64,000 nt of DNA from Dipteris shenzhenensis (Eukaryota). A program made the translations under genes and the position numbers. Below the pieces are notes generated by a model. That model searched no databases. It was not told the origin of the DNA and saw only the letters and a program-made list of their open reading frames with translations. Each line of letters starts with the position of its first letter. The first letter of the stretch is position 1. Location of the stretch: the NCBI GenBank assembly GCA_047967505.1, contig CM106538.1, one strand, 5' to 3'. This document shows positions 36,910-49,829 of this stretch, in pieces.

Positions 36910-37860
36910 GTGCAAAGAGGTACCCCAATCCGATAAGCACTTGTTCGAATAACTCTTCTAGGACCGTGTTTTTTGACGGTTGTGCATGACGCTAAGGCAA
37001 AAACGGTATTTAATTCTCCCTTCACCATGCAAAGCATATGAAATGGGCACAATACTTTGCATGAGCCTCAAAAGTGGTGGTATTGAGTTACATTCAAAGT
37101 ACTACACCATCTGATAAGCACTTGGTTGGATAATACACCTAAAAGCGTATTTTTTTATGGTTGTGCATGACATTGAGGCACAAATGGTGTTTAATGCGTG
37201 ATATACCATGCAAAGCATATCCGATGGGCACAATACTTTGCACGCACCTCAACCTAGGTGTTATTGAGTTGCAGCAAAGTGGCATGTCCGTCCGATAAAT
37301 ACTTGATCAGATAACACACCTAGGAGCGTGTTTTTAAACGAATGTGCTTGACACTAAGGCAAAAACGGTATTTAAAGCTCAATTGACCATGCAATGCATA
37401 TCCGATGGGTAAAACACTTTACCTGCACCTCAACCTAGGTGGTATTAACTTGTTTGCAAAGAGGCACACCCATATGATAAGTACTTGGTTGTATAACACA
37501 CCTAAGGGCGTGTTTTTTTATAGATGTGCATATCACTAGGGAAAAAAAGGTGTATAATGCATGATCGACCATGCAATGCATATCTGATGGTCATAATACT
37601 TTGCACACACCTCAACCTAGTTGAACTTGACTTGTGTGCAAAGTGGAGCCCCCATTTGATAAGTACTTATTTGAATAACACACCTAGGACCGTGTTTTTT
37701 ATGGTTGTGTATCACACTGAGGCACAAATGGTGTTTAATGCATGATATACCATGCAAAGCATAGCCGATGCGCACAATACTTTGCATGCACCTCAACGTA
37801 GGTGTTATTGAGTTGCATGCAAAGTGGCATGTCCATCTTATGAGTACTTTATCGGATAAC
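36910..37860 (+). repeat. 182-bp satellite, right part (about 5 more diverged monomers)
   Basis: The same monomer resumes in register after the Gypsy TSD. Confidence 0.93.
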
Positions 37861-38009
37861 TTCTCCCACCAATAAATTAAGTACTAATTAAAAATTATAA
37901 TAAATAAGTAGATTATTAAAAAGAAACTAATATTTATGTAATTGTTGCTGCTGTAGCTTATTTGTAAAGGACTCTCACAAAGGAGATAGCTATAGATTTT
38001 GTTCCAGGG

Positions 38010-39707
38010 ATGGATGTGATTTTATGTAGCAAAAGAGAAGTAGTTGCATTTGCTACAATCCATGATAGTGATCCCAATTCAGTTTGCCACTTTCAAAGAC
38101 TTGGCGAAGATAAGGTGGCAGTTACTGTATCAAAGATTCTTAGCGCACATGTTGAGCTAAAGTATAAATGTGAAGATATGGAAACACTTGGAGATGTTAT
38201 GCCCTACAATACATCCAACAAATCATTTATAGCATGGGACAAAGATGAGACTTAAGTAACAGACATTATCAAGAATACAAAGTGCACCACCTTGGATTTT
38301 ACTATAGGGGACATTTTACAAATGAGATCATTTGCAAATAAGACTATAGCAAAAGGTGAAGTATTGGGATTCGAACAAGTGGAGCAATGGTCATTTGCAC
38401 AAATGAGGATTCTAAAAGTCACTGATGATGGTATGGTTGATAACATAGCATCCTTATGTGATCCCTACTATGAGGTAGGCAAGAATATGGGATGGAGCAT
38501 GCAATTTTTAAACATGAGAAAGAGCCACATGGTTTTCAATGATAAAGACAAGGTATACTACAATATCAAAGGACCTAAAAAGCATGCCCATGTGCTAGGA
38601 TCTATCACTTCAAACATGGATGATTTCAATGTACTCAATTATAGAAGTGACATCTTATCTGGAGTGGATGAGTTCATTGGTTTCGAGAAACAAAATGATT
38701 TTAGAAGCGAAGCCTTATCTGGGGTGGATGAATTCTTGCATAGTGAGAAGGGCAAAGATTTCAATAGCGATGTCTTGTCAAGTGTGGATGAGTTCATGCA
38801 TATTAACAAACCTAGTGTCAATCAAGCTTGTGGATTTGTGAAAGCCATGCAAGATGTCCCAATGAGTGATGTTCTCTCAGGAGTGGAAGAGTTTCAAGGT
38901 TCTCAATACTCTTGTAGAATATTGAATTCATTGTATGGTCCTAAGAGTATGCTAAAAACGAGGATGAGATCAATAGAGGATTATTCAATATTTAACTTTG
39001 ATTGTGATATGGCCAAGGATGCAACGACCAATCATGGATGCTTGGTTACAAACAAATGTGAGGAGAAGAAGTGCATAAATACAGATAACAACGTGCACAA
39101 GGAACAAAAACGGTCATACATATGCATGAAGAGAAAGCTAATCCAAGCAGATCCACAAAAGCAACCAAAGAGGAAGAGAGTAATGAAGGAGGAGAACATG
39201 TTAAATGCATTGGGACATCTATGTTGCAAGCGAAGATGTATGCACTTCATTGATCTTGCAGACATCAAGGAATATAGAGGACATGTGTGGCAAAGAAGAG
39301 GAAGCGAAAGAAATGAATACCTTCTCACAAGTCTCTCTTGCTTTCTTCAGAATGGCAATAAAAGGCTAAGTTCAAGACTTGCAAATGGAAAAAAGATTTG
39401 CAATAAGGCATATCGCAATATTATTGGATTATCCCATGGTACATATTGGGATTTAGTCACCAAGGCGAAGGGTGGCAAGAAATTTAGCATTCACAATAAT
39501 AGAGGAAGGTCCAAATCAAGAATCTCAACTGTCAGGGTAGCAGCAATTTCGCAAGACTTCATACATGAAAATGATTTACCTCAACCCCATATATCTACCA
39601 AACTCCCTAACAGTGATGCGATCATTGAAATGCACCTTCTAATGTGGGTATCTATGATGACATCGCATAGTATGAAGAATGGGTCATTTACAATATCTTT
39701 CCTTTAG
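38010..39707 (+). pseudogene. DNA-transposon-related ORF: En/Spm TNP1-like N-terminal domain, SGVDEF repeats and a Cys/His region resembling Sola-type transposase N-termini; truncated
   Basis: ORFs 38010-38255 and 38292-39707 share a frame and are separated by one TAA. Motifs: VVAFATIHDSDP..HFQRLGED..V.V..ETLGD..FIAW; CCKRRC..R..VW..RNEYL..ICNKAY..IIGLS..HNNRG..PH. Family assignment is from recalled motifs only. Confidence 0.55.
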
Positions 39708-42289
39708 TGTTGCTATCAAAGAAATATTTTTTGGTTCTTTCAAAGTTAGATATAAATTTAAATAATTGTAGTGGGGTGGTAGTTTATATATACTCATTAA
39801 GTTTTTTCTTAGGAGATACTTTTTTGAAATTTTACTAAACATATGCAAGATCACTAAAATAGTTGTCTTGAATTACTTTAAAGCTATTTCATTAACCAAA
39901 GTTGAAGGAAAAATATTCGCATACTTTAATAGATATATAATCACAATGTTAGTAATTACGTCTTAGCATGCTTAAGTGACATGCTCTTATGCATTTTAGC
40001 ACATAGGGAATAGCATAGGTAAGATGATGAATCCCATGAGAAACAGAAGCTTTTAAAATTTTAATGTACATGTTCATTTAGATATTCTATCATGATTACT
40101 ATGCATGCTAGACTATAACTTACCAATTGTATTCCATTATATAGAATTATTATAAAAGCATGTTTCTTAGAATTTCTCTAGCTCGTCATAGAATTTTTCA
40201 TTTCAAAAGTCTATTTCTCAACTGCTCTCCTAGAAAACCACTCATCTTCCACATTACTTATTCCCAAGGCACCCAAAAACAAGAAATTATCTCTCTTCTT
40301 GATTTCTAGACTCTATTTGAGGGTAGCTATTTTAATGCCACATGTGATTTCAACTCTGTGAATGGATTATGCATGGATGGATTGGACCCTTGAAGTCTAA
40401 ATACTTTCCTAAAGAGGATTGGCAGCATGTATTCAAGTGTGCACAACCACCACCTTGTAATAAGGCCAAGTGAATTGATGTGAAGCTGCAATTTTTAGAA
40501 GAATTTATGTTGTTGCACTAGAAATTCTATCAAGATGCCCCAAAGGAACAATGAGATTGGACAATTTTCAGCAAAGAGCTTTGCAATTGGAAAGCGTGAA
40601 TCTTCTCCAATCAAAGTTAACTTGGTGCACTTTGCGGAGTACGCATGGTGGAGTTTGTAGAGAAGCATGGTGATTCAGAGGGCATGATATTCAAGTGGGA
40701 GGAGAAAGAGACGAGACTCAAAAGTGGTGTCTCACAGGAGTATCAAGAAAAAAAGTCAACAGCTTCCATGAAAGTCCCTTCATCGACAACTAAAACCAAT
40801 GAATCTCTTTTATGACTACTAGAGGATTACTATTGAAAAGATTGTTTTTGAGCATGCTGAAATATGGAAGGATGAATTGGGTAAGCTTATTCACATGATT
40901 GATTTAGTGCAAAATCAAATGGAAACAAGTAGAATATTTCTTATTAAAGCAAATAAATACTTAGAGGAGTGCTCTTTGGAACTCCAATATGCTGAGGGGA
41001 TCTCTTGCAAAGCATTGGATATCTCTAAGATTCAAGAATCCCTCCAAGAACTAAAGAAAGCAGGTACAGTAGCTTGTGATGAGCCATTGTCTAAAGTAGA
41101 TGCACTATACTCTCAGAAAGATCTACAAGCTTTGCTAATACTAAATTGTTAATGGAAACTTATGCCCCTAAAATGCAAGGACTCCTTCCATTTGGTGGAT
41201 GTCTCAAGTAATTGACATGAATGAGGATTACTGGTGACTCAATTTTGGTGATATGACAACTAAGAGGAGGTACTTGTTATGGTCATGGTAGAGTCATTTG
41301 AATAAGGTTTGTTGGTGACTCAATGTTGGTAATCCAAAAACTAAGAGGAGATTGGTAATCCAAACTAGTTATGGTCAATGTGGGGGTGACTTGATTAAGC
41401 ATTTCTAGTGACTCAATGTTGGTAAGAGGAGAGTATCAGGTGTTGAATTGGCATATGAGATACTATGGGAAGCAGGGTTATGGCTAATTTGTTGGCCTGG
41501 TAGCCATTCTTTGGCCCCATTGCCCAAAGGATAAAGCCCACTACTATCTACAATTTTGAGCATTTCATGTTCAATCAATGCTTGAGGCTTTTTAAAGCCC
41601 AACAATCTTTGTATTAGAACACAAATTTTCAAGCTAAATTCGAGTGAAAAATATATCTTTATGATGAAAGGCATCAAACCAAAGATTGAGATTTTGAAAG
41701 ATTTGGCCAAACTAGCAATTTAGTTACCATGGTTGGTAGTTTTAGGGGTAAGGAAAACTCATCTCTGTGTGTTAGCTAGTTGCTAGCCTGGGCTATCTTA
41801 GGTAACGTTGAACTTAGGAAATAATGATGAGACTCGACCATGGATTCTTCGTGTGAGGACTAAGACTTTCCATGGATTTGCCTTCTTACTATATGATGAC
41901 TTATCCAAACGTTTTAGTCTATGTAAACACCGTAAGAGGTGGCAACATAGGGGAGCATTGCTATAGAATCAAATAGTTTATGTTGACAAACTGCCATAAT
42001 TCCCTTCCACTACTTGTAGTTTATAGTCTATGTGTCATTGTCATGGTGAATCCTCAAATGAGCATGCCTTCCATGGAATTCTCCCTTAATTATTTCTGGC
42101 ATATGTTAAGAAGTTAATGGGTGGCTTAAGGACACAAACCTTGACATTTTGATGAAAATATGACTATACATTAGTGTGTGTGAAATATGAACATTCGCGT
42201 ACAGAGCATGATGTTGCAAACGATCATAGTTCATATAGATGCTTACTCAAGTAAGAGTGGGATGTGGGAAAAGGCAACTTGGCATCCCA

Positions 42290-45200
42290 TGCCTATTTAC
42301 ATAGGCAGATTACCACATCTATAACCATCCAATTGGGAAGGAGATCCGATCTCCCATGTGGAGCAATTTGAACAAATATGCAAAGCATTCAATGCTCCTA
42401 GAGATCTAGAAATGGTTAATATATTCAGCCTCAGCCTAGATGGCAAGACAAGCCAATGGTACAAGGCCCTCAACCCAGAGGAGAAAGTCAACTGAGAGGT
42501 GTTACAGAAAGCCCCTTCATTATAGGCTTTGCCCCTAGTGGTCATAAGTGGAGCTCGATTAGTCAGTTATATCAAGTGAAATATATTGATAAGGAATCCC
42601 TCCGAGACTATATCACTAGGATCAAACACCTCAATTCCTGTTGCAAACCGCATGAGAGGATGAGCGACGAATGAGACTATTGCCACGCTTCCTCATGGGA
42701 TTGGTGGACCCGAAGCTACATGACCACTTAATTGTTATGAATCCCACTTCCTTTGAACTCTGCAGTAAAGTAGTTATCTGTATAAGTGATAATATGATGG
42801 ATAAGGACATCAAGGACAAGACTACAACTCCATCCAAGGTATCACAATCGCTAAGGTCTTCCATTATGGAGACTACCAAGAAGGAGGACAAAGGGTCTAA
42901 AGGTTTAGATATGGGTGAGCTAGCCTCTAGTCTATTGAATCATTTGGGCCAGTAGTGGAGGTCAAGAACCTCCTAGGAACCACCAAGTAACTCCCACTTA
43001 TTCCCTATAAGGGACAATGTTTTGTGTGGGGTATGCAATGGCAATAATGATACCTTTCAATGCCAATTTCCAAAGGTCCTTCCCCAATTGATCTACTAGT
43101 CGAGGCCCCACCTAGGCCTAATAGCCCCACCCAACCTGATGAATGCACAAGGATCCCCTCTAGCCAATCCAGGGTAATATAGGACATGAGATGCTCCATT
43201 ACCACCACCCATACTAGGTCTGCAACTGCCCCCACTTCGTATAACTCCAATAAACCAAATATTGGTGGAAGAACTACCTAATGATTGGGAGGAGGTAGAA
43301 CATGATCATAGTAGACATCCCACCTATCACCCTTATGAGGGGGGAAGTGGCATCAAACACTACCTCTTACATGAGGATCAACATGTTCCAGTGTTCCAGA
43401 CAATGCCCGTGGCTACAAGGGCAAGAGACATGAGCTCCTTGGCATGAAGGCCCCGATTCAATTATACATGTTAGGGTCCACACAAAGCAAGTGAATGCCC
43501 ATATAAGGGTGCAAGAAACCCTCCTCTCTCATGTTTTAAATGCCAATGGCCACATTTTTTAAAGGACTATCCATATAGGATCTTACCCTTGTGGTTTTGC
43601 CCACAACAAGTCCCATGCCCTTGTGTGCTGGAGTGGAGAATTTATTCAAGGATTGCCCCCTAAAAAGCCCAGTGACTCCAGCCACCCTGACCAAGAGCAC
43701 TAGCATCAATTTACTAAGTATTGAATAGGGTCACCTTGCAGTAGTGCCCTTGAAGGCCATCACAAGGATGTAGGAAAGGGCCATAGGCAAGGAGATGAAG
43801 AAGTAGCAAGGAAGGACAAAAAATCCACATTGCAAATTCGAGAGGCATGCCCAAGCCCTCGTGTAGACCAAGAAGGTCACCATGGTGGTCGAAGGCATGA
43901 ATCAGGGCTTATCCAAGATGGTTTAGATGAGAAGACATCCACCCTTTCCACCTCCTCTACCTCTGGACGAGTCCCTTCCCTAGACAATTCGAGGTATGCT
44001 CCCATACCTGGATGTAAATAAGCCAATGGGGGCCCAAGGCCTCACATCTCCAACCCCTCATAAGGGAACATATCCCGACCCAGCCTTAGAGAGACAATGC
44101 TTAATAGATTCTTAGAACTTGGTGCAAGAATGTCAAGAGAAGTTTGAGCATAGACTCAAGGTCAACAGAGGGTCAGAGACCACCATCCACCCTAATCACC
44201 TAACCACTCATAGGTGAGAAAAGGCACTTAGGGTGCTAGAGAGAGTGGAAGAAGAGAAACCTCCTAGCCCTAATAACTCAGGGTTAATGCAATGGATGTT
44301 CTAAGAGGACCCTATGCTGCAAACCCTATGCAACTTAATGCAATGGATGTTCCAAGAAGACCCTATGTTGCAAAACCTAAGAGAGGAAGGAGACCTTTAT
44401 GGCTTGGAGGAGCCTCTATCGATGGGGAGAGAGACCCCCAAGGAACCTTGTGATATTGCCAGGTTAGTGGCCTTCCTCTCCACATAGGTCAAGATGCCAA
44501 TTGCATCCTTGTTAAGAGGGAACCCTCTCCTATGGCGAGACCTCTCAAGATGGATGAACATGCAATTCTTGTCCCACCAACCCTGAAGACAACCAACCAC
44601 AGGAGGAGAGCCAAAACCTACCCAAGGTTCCCATCAATAAGTTAGGCTAGTACTTTGGAGGGGATGACACTAATGCAGCTATCCCCATAACCTACCAGAA
44701 CCAAAAGGTTGATGCCATCCTAGATGGAGGAGCGGGTGTGAGTGTCTGCACCAAAGAATGTTGGGAGAGGTGGGGAAAACCTTCCCTCAAGCAAACCCAT
44801 CTAGCAGTAAATCTAGCCAATAGAGGAATCGATGAACCCCTGGGAGTTCTCATGGGTATTAACATTAAGGTGTTTGGCTTCACATTCCTCGTTCGATTTG
44901 TGGCCATGGAATTCACCCAATAGCCCAGATATGAAGCCATCCTAGGTAGGCCCTTCCTACAAATGTCTAGACTCGTACATGATTGGTGCATGAATAACAT
45001 CTATTTACGGCATGAGGAGCAAATCATGCAAGTGGAACTATGTACATACAAGGCCCACCACTATCAAGACACCTTTTTGCCATGGAATCAGACACAACAG
45101 ACATGACTACAACACTGAAACTATTCCAATCTTATGAGAGAGGCATCGGGAAGGAAGCAGATGAGTTTTTGTATGCCCCTCTCCTCGAGTCAGAGTTCTC

Positions 45201-46255
45201 TCAAAATCGGATGCACATTCTGGCAAACATTGATGTCCCAGAAAGAATAGGGTTCTAAATAATAACCCTAAAGTGTGAAAAGTTGAATATAGTGGTGCCC
45301 CTTAGAATGTTTAACATGCTCCAAGTGAGGGTCAAATCAGACTACCGTATGTGGGTGCCACTACTACTCAGCATAAGTTCTCCTCCAATTAGGGATCTGA
45401 GTTAAGTTACCTCTCTAGTCGGCTCCATGAATGCCATGAAGGAGCCCCCCTCAGGTCCAAAGCTCCCAAGTTCCAAAAGCCCTAAGGCTTCCACCAGCGG
45501 CAAAGGGGGAAACCACCCAAAAGGAAGTGAAGGAGGAGGAGGATGAAAAGGAGGAACTATGACATGTACCTTCCCATTATAAGGCCTACATATGCTAGAG
45601 GATCACAAGATCTTATGCCAGCAATCCAAGAGAACCCAGGAAGAAGGGTGATTCCAAGGATACGATGGCCCAACCAAGGTTAAGGAAGTAAACCTGGCAT
45701 CAGAAGGTGAGGACCCATGATCAATATACATAGGAGATGACCTCACCCCAAACAAGGAGCATGCCTCAATTGCCCTCCAAGAGTATGAGGACTACATGGC
45801 TTGGAAGTACACATACATGAAGGGTATGCCACTAAGGTCATACAACACATGATACCCATGCTAGATGACATCAAGCTAGTGTGATAAAGTCCCTATTCTA
45901 TGAATCCCAAATATGCGCTCATAGTGAGGGAGGAGATCCAAAAATTCATAGATGTAGGATTCATCTATGAGATAGAGCATACAGACTAGGTGTAACCCAT
46001 TGTGATAGTCTTGAAGAAGAATGGAAAGATTCAAGTATGTGTAGACTTGAAAAAGGTCAATGCCACCACAAGCCGCGACCACTACCCATTGCCTTTCATA
46101 AAACATGTTCTAGAAAGAGTAGCCAGAAAGGAAGCTTATAGCTTCCTAAATGGGTTCTTGGGATACAATCAGGTATCCATCACCCCAAAAGATCAACATA
46201 AAACTACCTTTTCAATCGAGTGGGCTGTGTATTGGCCAAGGTGATGATATTTGGA
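42290..46255 (+). mobile_element. Highly decayed Gypsy internal region (gag, PR, partial RT), truncated in RT
   Basis: Gag-like GDPISHVEQFEQIC and ESLRDYITR; PR AILDGGAGVSV and AILGRPFL (about 44710-44960); RT KKNGKIQVCVDLKKVNATTSRDHYPLP and GYNQV..DQHKTTF. Confidence 0.88.
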
Positions 46256-46454
46256 CTTTCCACCAGCATATTATTACATAAGAATTCAAAAAACCCTAAC
46301 TGCTTGGCATAGTCATAATAATAACTTTTGGGATTCCTAGCTTCCTTATAAGACCTTCTTCTTGTGGACTTTCCACTTTCTTACTTTTAATGGTGCAGCA
46401 CTGGAAGAACAACTGGAATTCGACATCTTTTTTGACTAGCCTGGGGAGCATCAA

Positions 46455-46830
46455 TCATCGGATCGGCACCCTCCATCCATCATTGTCACCTAGGAGGAAG
46501 CAACGCAAATGCACCAAGTAGTAATCAGATAGCACTAGTTTGTGAACTGGGATTAAACAACAGATCCTTAAGATGAATCCCCAATCCTCAAGGAGTTCCC
46601 ACCCATCGACAAACCTTACTTCCCGTACCACCTTTGAAGATGCTAGAACCTCGACTGTTGTGCAACTTGGAGAATTAAAATTGAAACCTTACCAATGGAT
46701 GTTTAGAATTTCAATCTTTTACATCCCATGATAAGAGCTCCCACCCATCTTTTGAATCAGCAAGTTGGTGGATCATGTGGTGCTGCAAGTCAACTGGGAG
46801 TTCTAGGAATACATCTTTCCTAGTACTCAT
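46455..46830 (-). pseudogene. Homolog of accessory ORF A (one frameshift near 46713, one internal stop)
   Basis: MSTRKDVFLELPVDLQHHMIHQLADSKDGWELLSWDVKD/EILNIHW*GFNFNSPSCTTVEVLASSKVVREVRFVDGWELLEDWGFILRICCLIPVHKLVLSDYYLVHLRCFLLGDNDGW aligns collinearly with ORF A. Confidence 0.85.
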
Positions 46831-48788
46831 GACTGCCAACCTTAGACTTCAGAGAAAGTCTTCGAAATTTACAACTCAGTCATACAAGCTAATCTAGAAA
46901 TTTGTTTTACCTTTGGATGAGTCTGAGTGGCTGAAAAGGTCTACCAAAGAACATTAATCATAATACACAACAACTGGAAGATCCTCTGCTAATGTAGTCA
47001 ATCTTTGCAAGGTTGGGGATGGCTTGAATACAATTTAGAACTTGATTTCTGATGTAACAAACCAAGCTATGGTTGTATCAATTGATGAGCAATAAATTAA
47101 AGAGGGGTGGTCCCAAATTGATGATTTCTTTCCTATTTCTCATGTGGGTAGCAAGCCATCAGTATAGCAATGATTTCAAGAGTACATGCAGTAAAACATA
47201 CAACCATCAACTCCCCTAAGGGTGGGCACCACTTGTAGAAGTCAAAACCACAATACAAGCTGTATTCAACAAAATTTAGAGATAATTCCTTCCAACAAGC
47301 AAAATGGTTAAAGTAGTAAGGCAACCAGTGGTTGAACCTTTCGAATTTCCAAGGTGGAAATCTGCTTCCACGAGTGGTCACACAGTTGTCGTTCATTTAT
47401 GTGGCTTTAGAGAGCTGATTTTAGCAACTTTGGTAGAAATGTTGGGGCGTGGGTAGCAAATTAAAACATGCTATAGTAGAAAATGTTCACCACGCGTTAC
47501 GCAATTGTTTAGTGCACTAGCGCAGCCAAATGTTGAAGTAATTAGGCTCCATAAAATTGTATTGATGAGCAACAAAAATTTCTTTGCCACTATGGACAAT
47601 TGTATGCTACTTACGGGCACTGGCTTGGATAGGAACAAGCTAAGGGTGTGATTCCAGAGAGGCTAGGGGAGATATCGAGCTTCCAAGAATCATTTTTGCA
47701 AAAACAGCATAAAGCTTGATAATTGAATCGATGCTTGGAAATGAAACGGGTTTATGGACTCCTAAAAAAATGTTGGTGAAGGAATCTACATTGCAACCTT
47801 GCCCAAGAATGTAAGCTTCTCCAAATTCAATTCTAATGATTGAATTGATGCTGGGAAGCGAAAGGGGTCTTTGAAGATATTCCAGTCTCCCAAAAATCGT
47901 TTTGTTTTTTTAAAGAATCTGCTGTTGAAGGTGCATGGGAATTCAAAGCTTCCTCCAAATTCCATCTTGATGTTTGAATTGGTGGAAGTAGTCTCTCGAG
48001 ACCTCTAGCCTTCCAAGAATCAGTTTTACTAGAAACAGTGCTAGAACTTTGCAGAGACTTTTGCTATTGTTCTCTTTTCTTCAATGTTTAGAATTCTTCA
48101 GCTGCGGCTCTTCAACATTCTCTACTTGCTTCTCTTTAAGTAATTCAACAATTCATGGTTTTTATGCATTTCAATGCTGTTGCTTACATTGCAGCAAGGT
48201 CAAGGGAATGGAAAATTGGAGGTGACGAGGGCAGTGAGGGAGGAGAGGCCATGATTGAGGGAGGTGAGGAAAGCTGAGGGATTAGGTGAGAATGAAGAGA
48301 AGAGTAAATTGGAGAGAGTGAGCGACAAAGAGGATCATGGGTAAGGGAGAGGGGATGAAAAGGACGATAGAGAGGAGTGTGACTATGGGAGAGAAAGGGG
48401 AGAGAAAGCATGGGGAGTGAGAGGGAAAGAGAGAAGCACTAGGTGAGAGAGAAAGAGACTGCAGTGATGGGGGCTAGTTCATGAGAGAGGGAGAATTTGA
48501 GAACGCAAAGTGAAGGGATAGTTTTTTTTTTTTAAGAAAAGAAAACGAGGGCAAGAAATAAAGATAATGAGGGGGGTGGGATCAAGCAAAGGAGCATACT
48601 AAATGAATATACACACAAGGCTTTCATAAAAGATCATTAAGAAGGGGTGCTCTTCTTTTCAATATTTCAATTGACAAATGTATAGAAAGACTCATGGAAA
48701 AAAAAAACACCATAAAAGTGAATGGAAAGTAAAGGAATGATGAAACTAATTGCTCCAAATCCATTGTCATTGCTATGTAGATTCACAG

Positions 48789-48804
48789 CCCAGTAGCCAC
48801 ACCA
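48789..48804 (-). promoter_or_regulatory. Primer-binding site, tRNA-His (16 nt, one mismatch)
   Basis: TGGTGTGGCTACTGGG on the minus strand, 4 nt after the LTR end ...ACAACA. Confidence 0.85.
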
Positions 48805-48808
48805 TTTT

Positions 48809-49829
48809 TGTTGTAATCTACTTTGTGCCCCATCATTCAACACTCATCAAAGGCCTTCAATGCCCATCAACGGGAGAGGGAGATAAGAAGAGGGATGAAG
48901 CGATGACATGGGAGGACTAAAATGGAAAGTGGAGAAGAGGATGTGGGAACATGAGTAAAGTGGAGAAGAGGATTTGGCAACATGAGTATAGGGAAAATAG
49001 GAAAGAGAAGGAGGAGGGAGTAGGGGAAGGGTATGAACATCAATAAGAGGTGAGTGTGGAGAACAAAGGAGGAGGAGGAGGCATGATGGTATTGACAAAA
49101 AGGGGAGAGATTCATGAACAATGTGGGGATAGTTTAGAGCATAGTGGCTATACAAGAATTAGCGTGTCGCATCAAAGGAATAGCCCCTCCTTTTATAACA
49201 AAGAAGAGGGGGCTCTCTCCCATAAATGCATCCTCCCAAATGCATGGTGTGGAGAGGGCATCTTCCATGTGGGTGGAAGGTGGTGCACGCCCTCAATTTG
49301 CATCGACAAATTGAGGGATGCATTTTCCACATACTACAAGCCCCATATCTCTAGTGCAAAATGCACTTGATTTTTCCCTCTTATTTAAATACACCCATGG
49401 GTGGGTTGGCACAAATGACTCTTGCCACCTCAACCTACTTTTTCTTTATGAAAATATCATCCCTTGGACTATTCCCCATGGGTCTAGTCCACATAGATGA
49501 GAAAGTCTAAGATGCCCTCTCACCTTTACCAATTAAATACAATATGTCCCCTTGGCCTTGGCCATATATCACTTAATGTTTCATGGGACCATCTAGGTGG
49601 AGGGGTGGCACATGGAGATTCCATTTCAGTTCACCAGACTATATTATCTGCTCCATGGTCTATGTACAACACACCTATGGGTCCTCTTACTTGGAAGGGT
49701 GGTACATGGACATGCCCTGCCACCTCAACCTTGGTCCCTTGCCACTCCATATTATCTTCTACTAATGCCACATACATATATTCACTTCTACTTATTACAT
49801 TTACAATGGAAATTTTTTTGGCAGTAACA
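48809..49829 (-). repeat. LTR (1021 bp) related to the 28436/35919 LTR family
   Basis: TGTTAC...ACAACA on the minus strand; shares blocks such as ccaaggttgaggtggcagggcatg and gaggacccata with the other LTRs. Confidence 0.88.

Larger units (their letters stand above)
46260..49829 (-). mobile_element. 5' portion of a second tRNA-His-primed Gypsy-like element (LTR, PBS, leader, accessory ORFs), truncated before gag
   Basis: LTR similar to the 28436 LTR, His PBS, and a homolog of accessory ORF A. The left boundary is approximate. Confidence 0.8.

Noticed and set aside
40300-41152. Coiled-coil-like ORF remnants upstream of the decayed Gypsy gag
   Set aside because: Could be an extra ORF of that element, but no LTR, PBS or motif links it convincingly.
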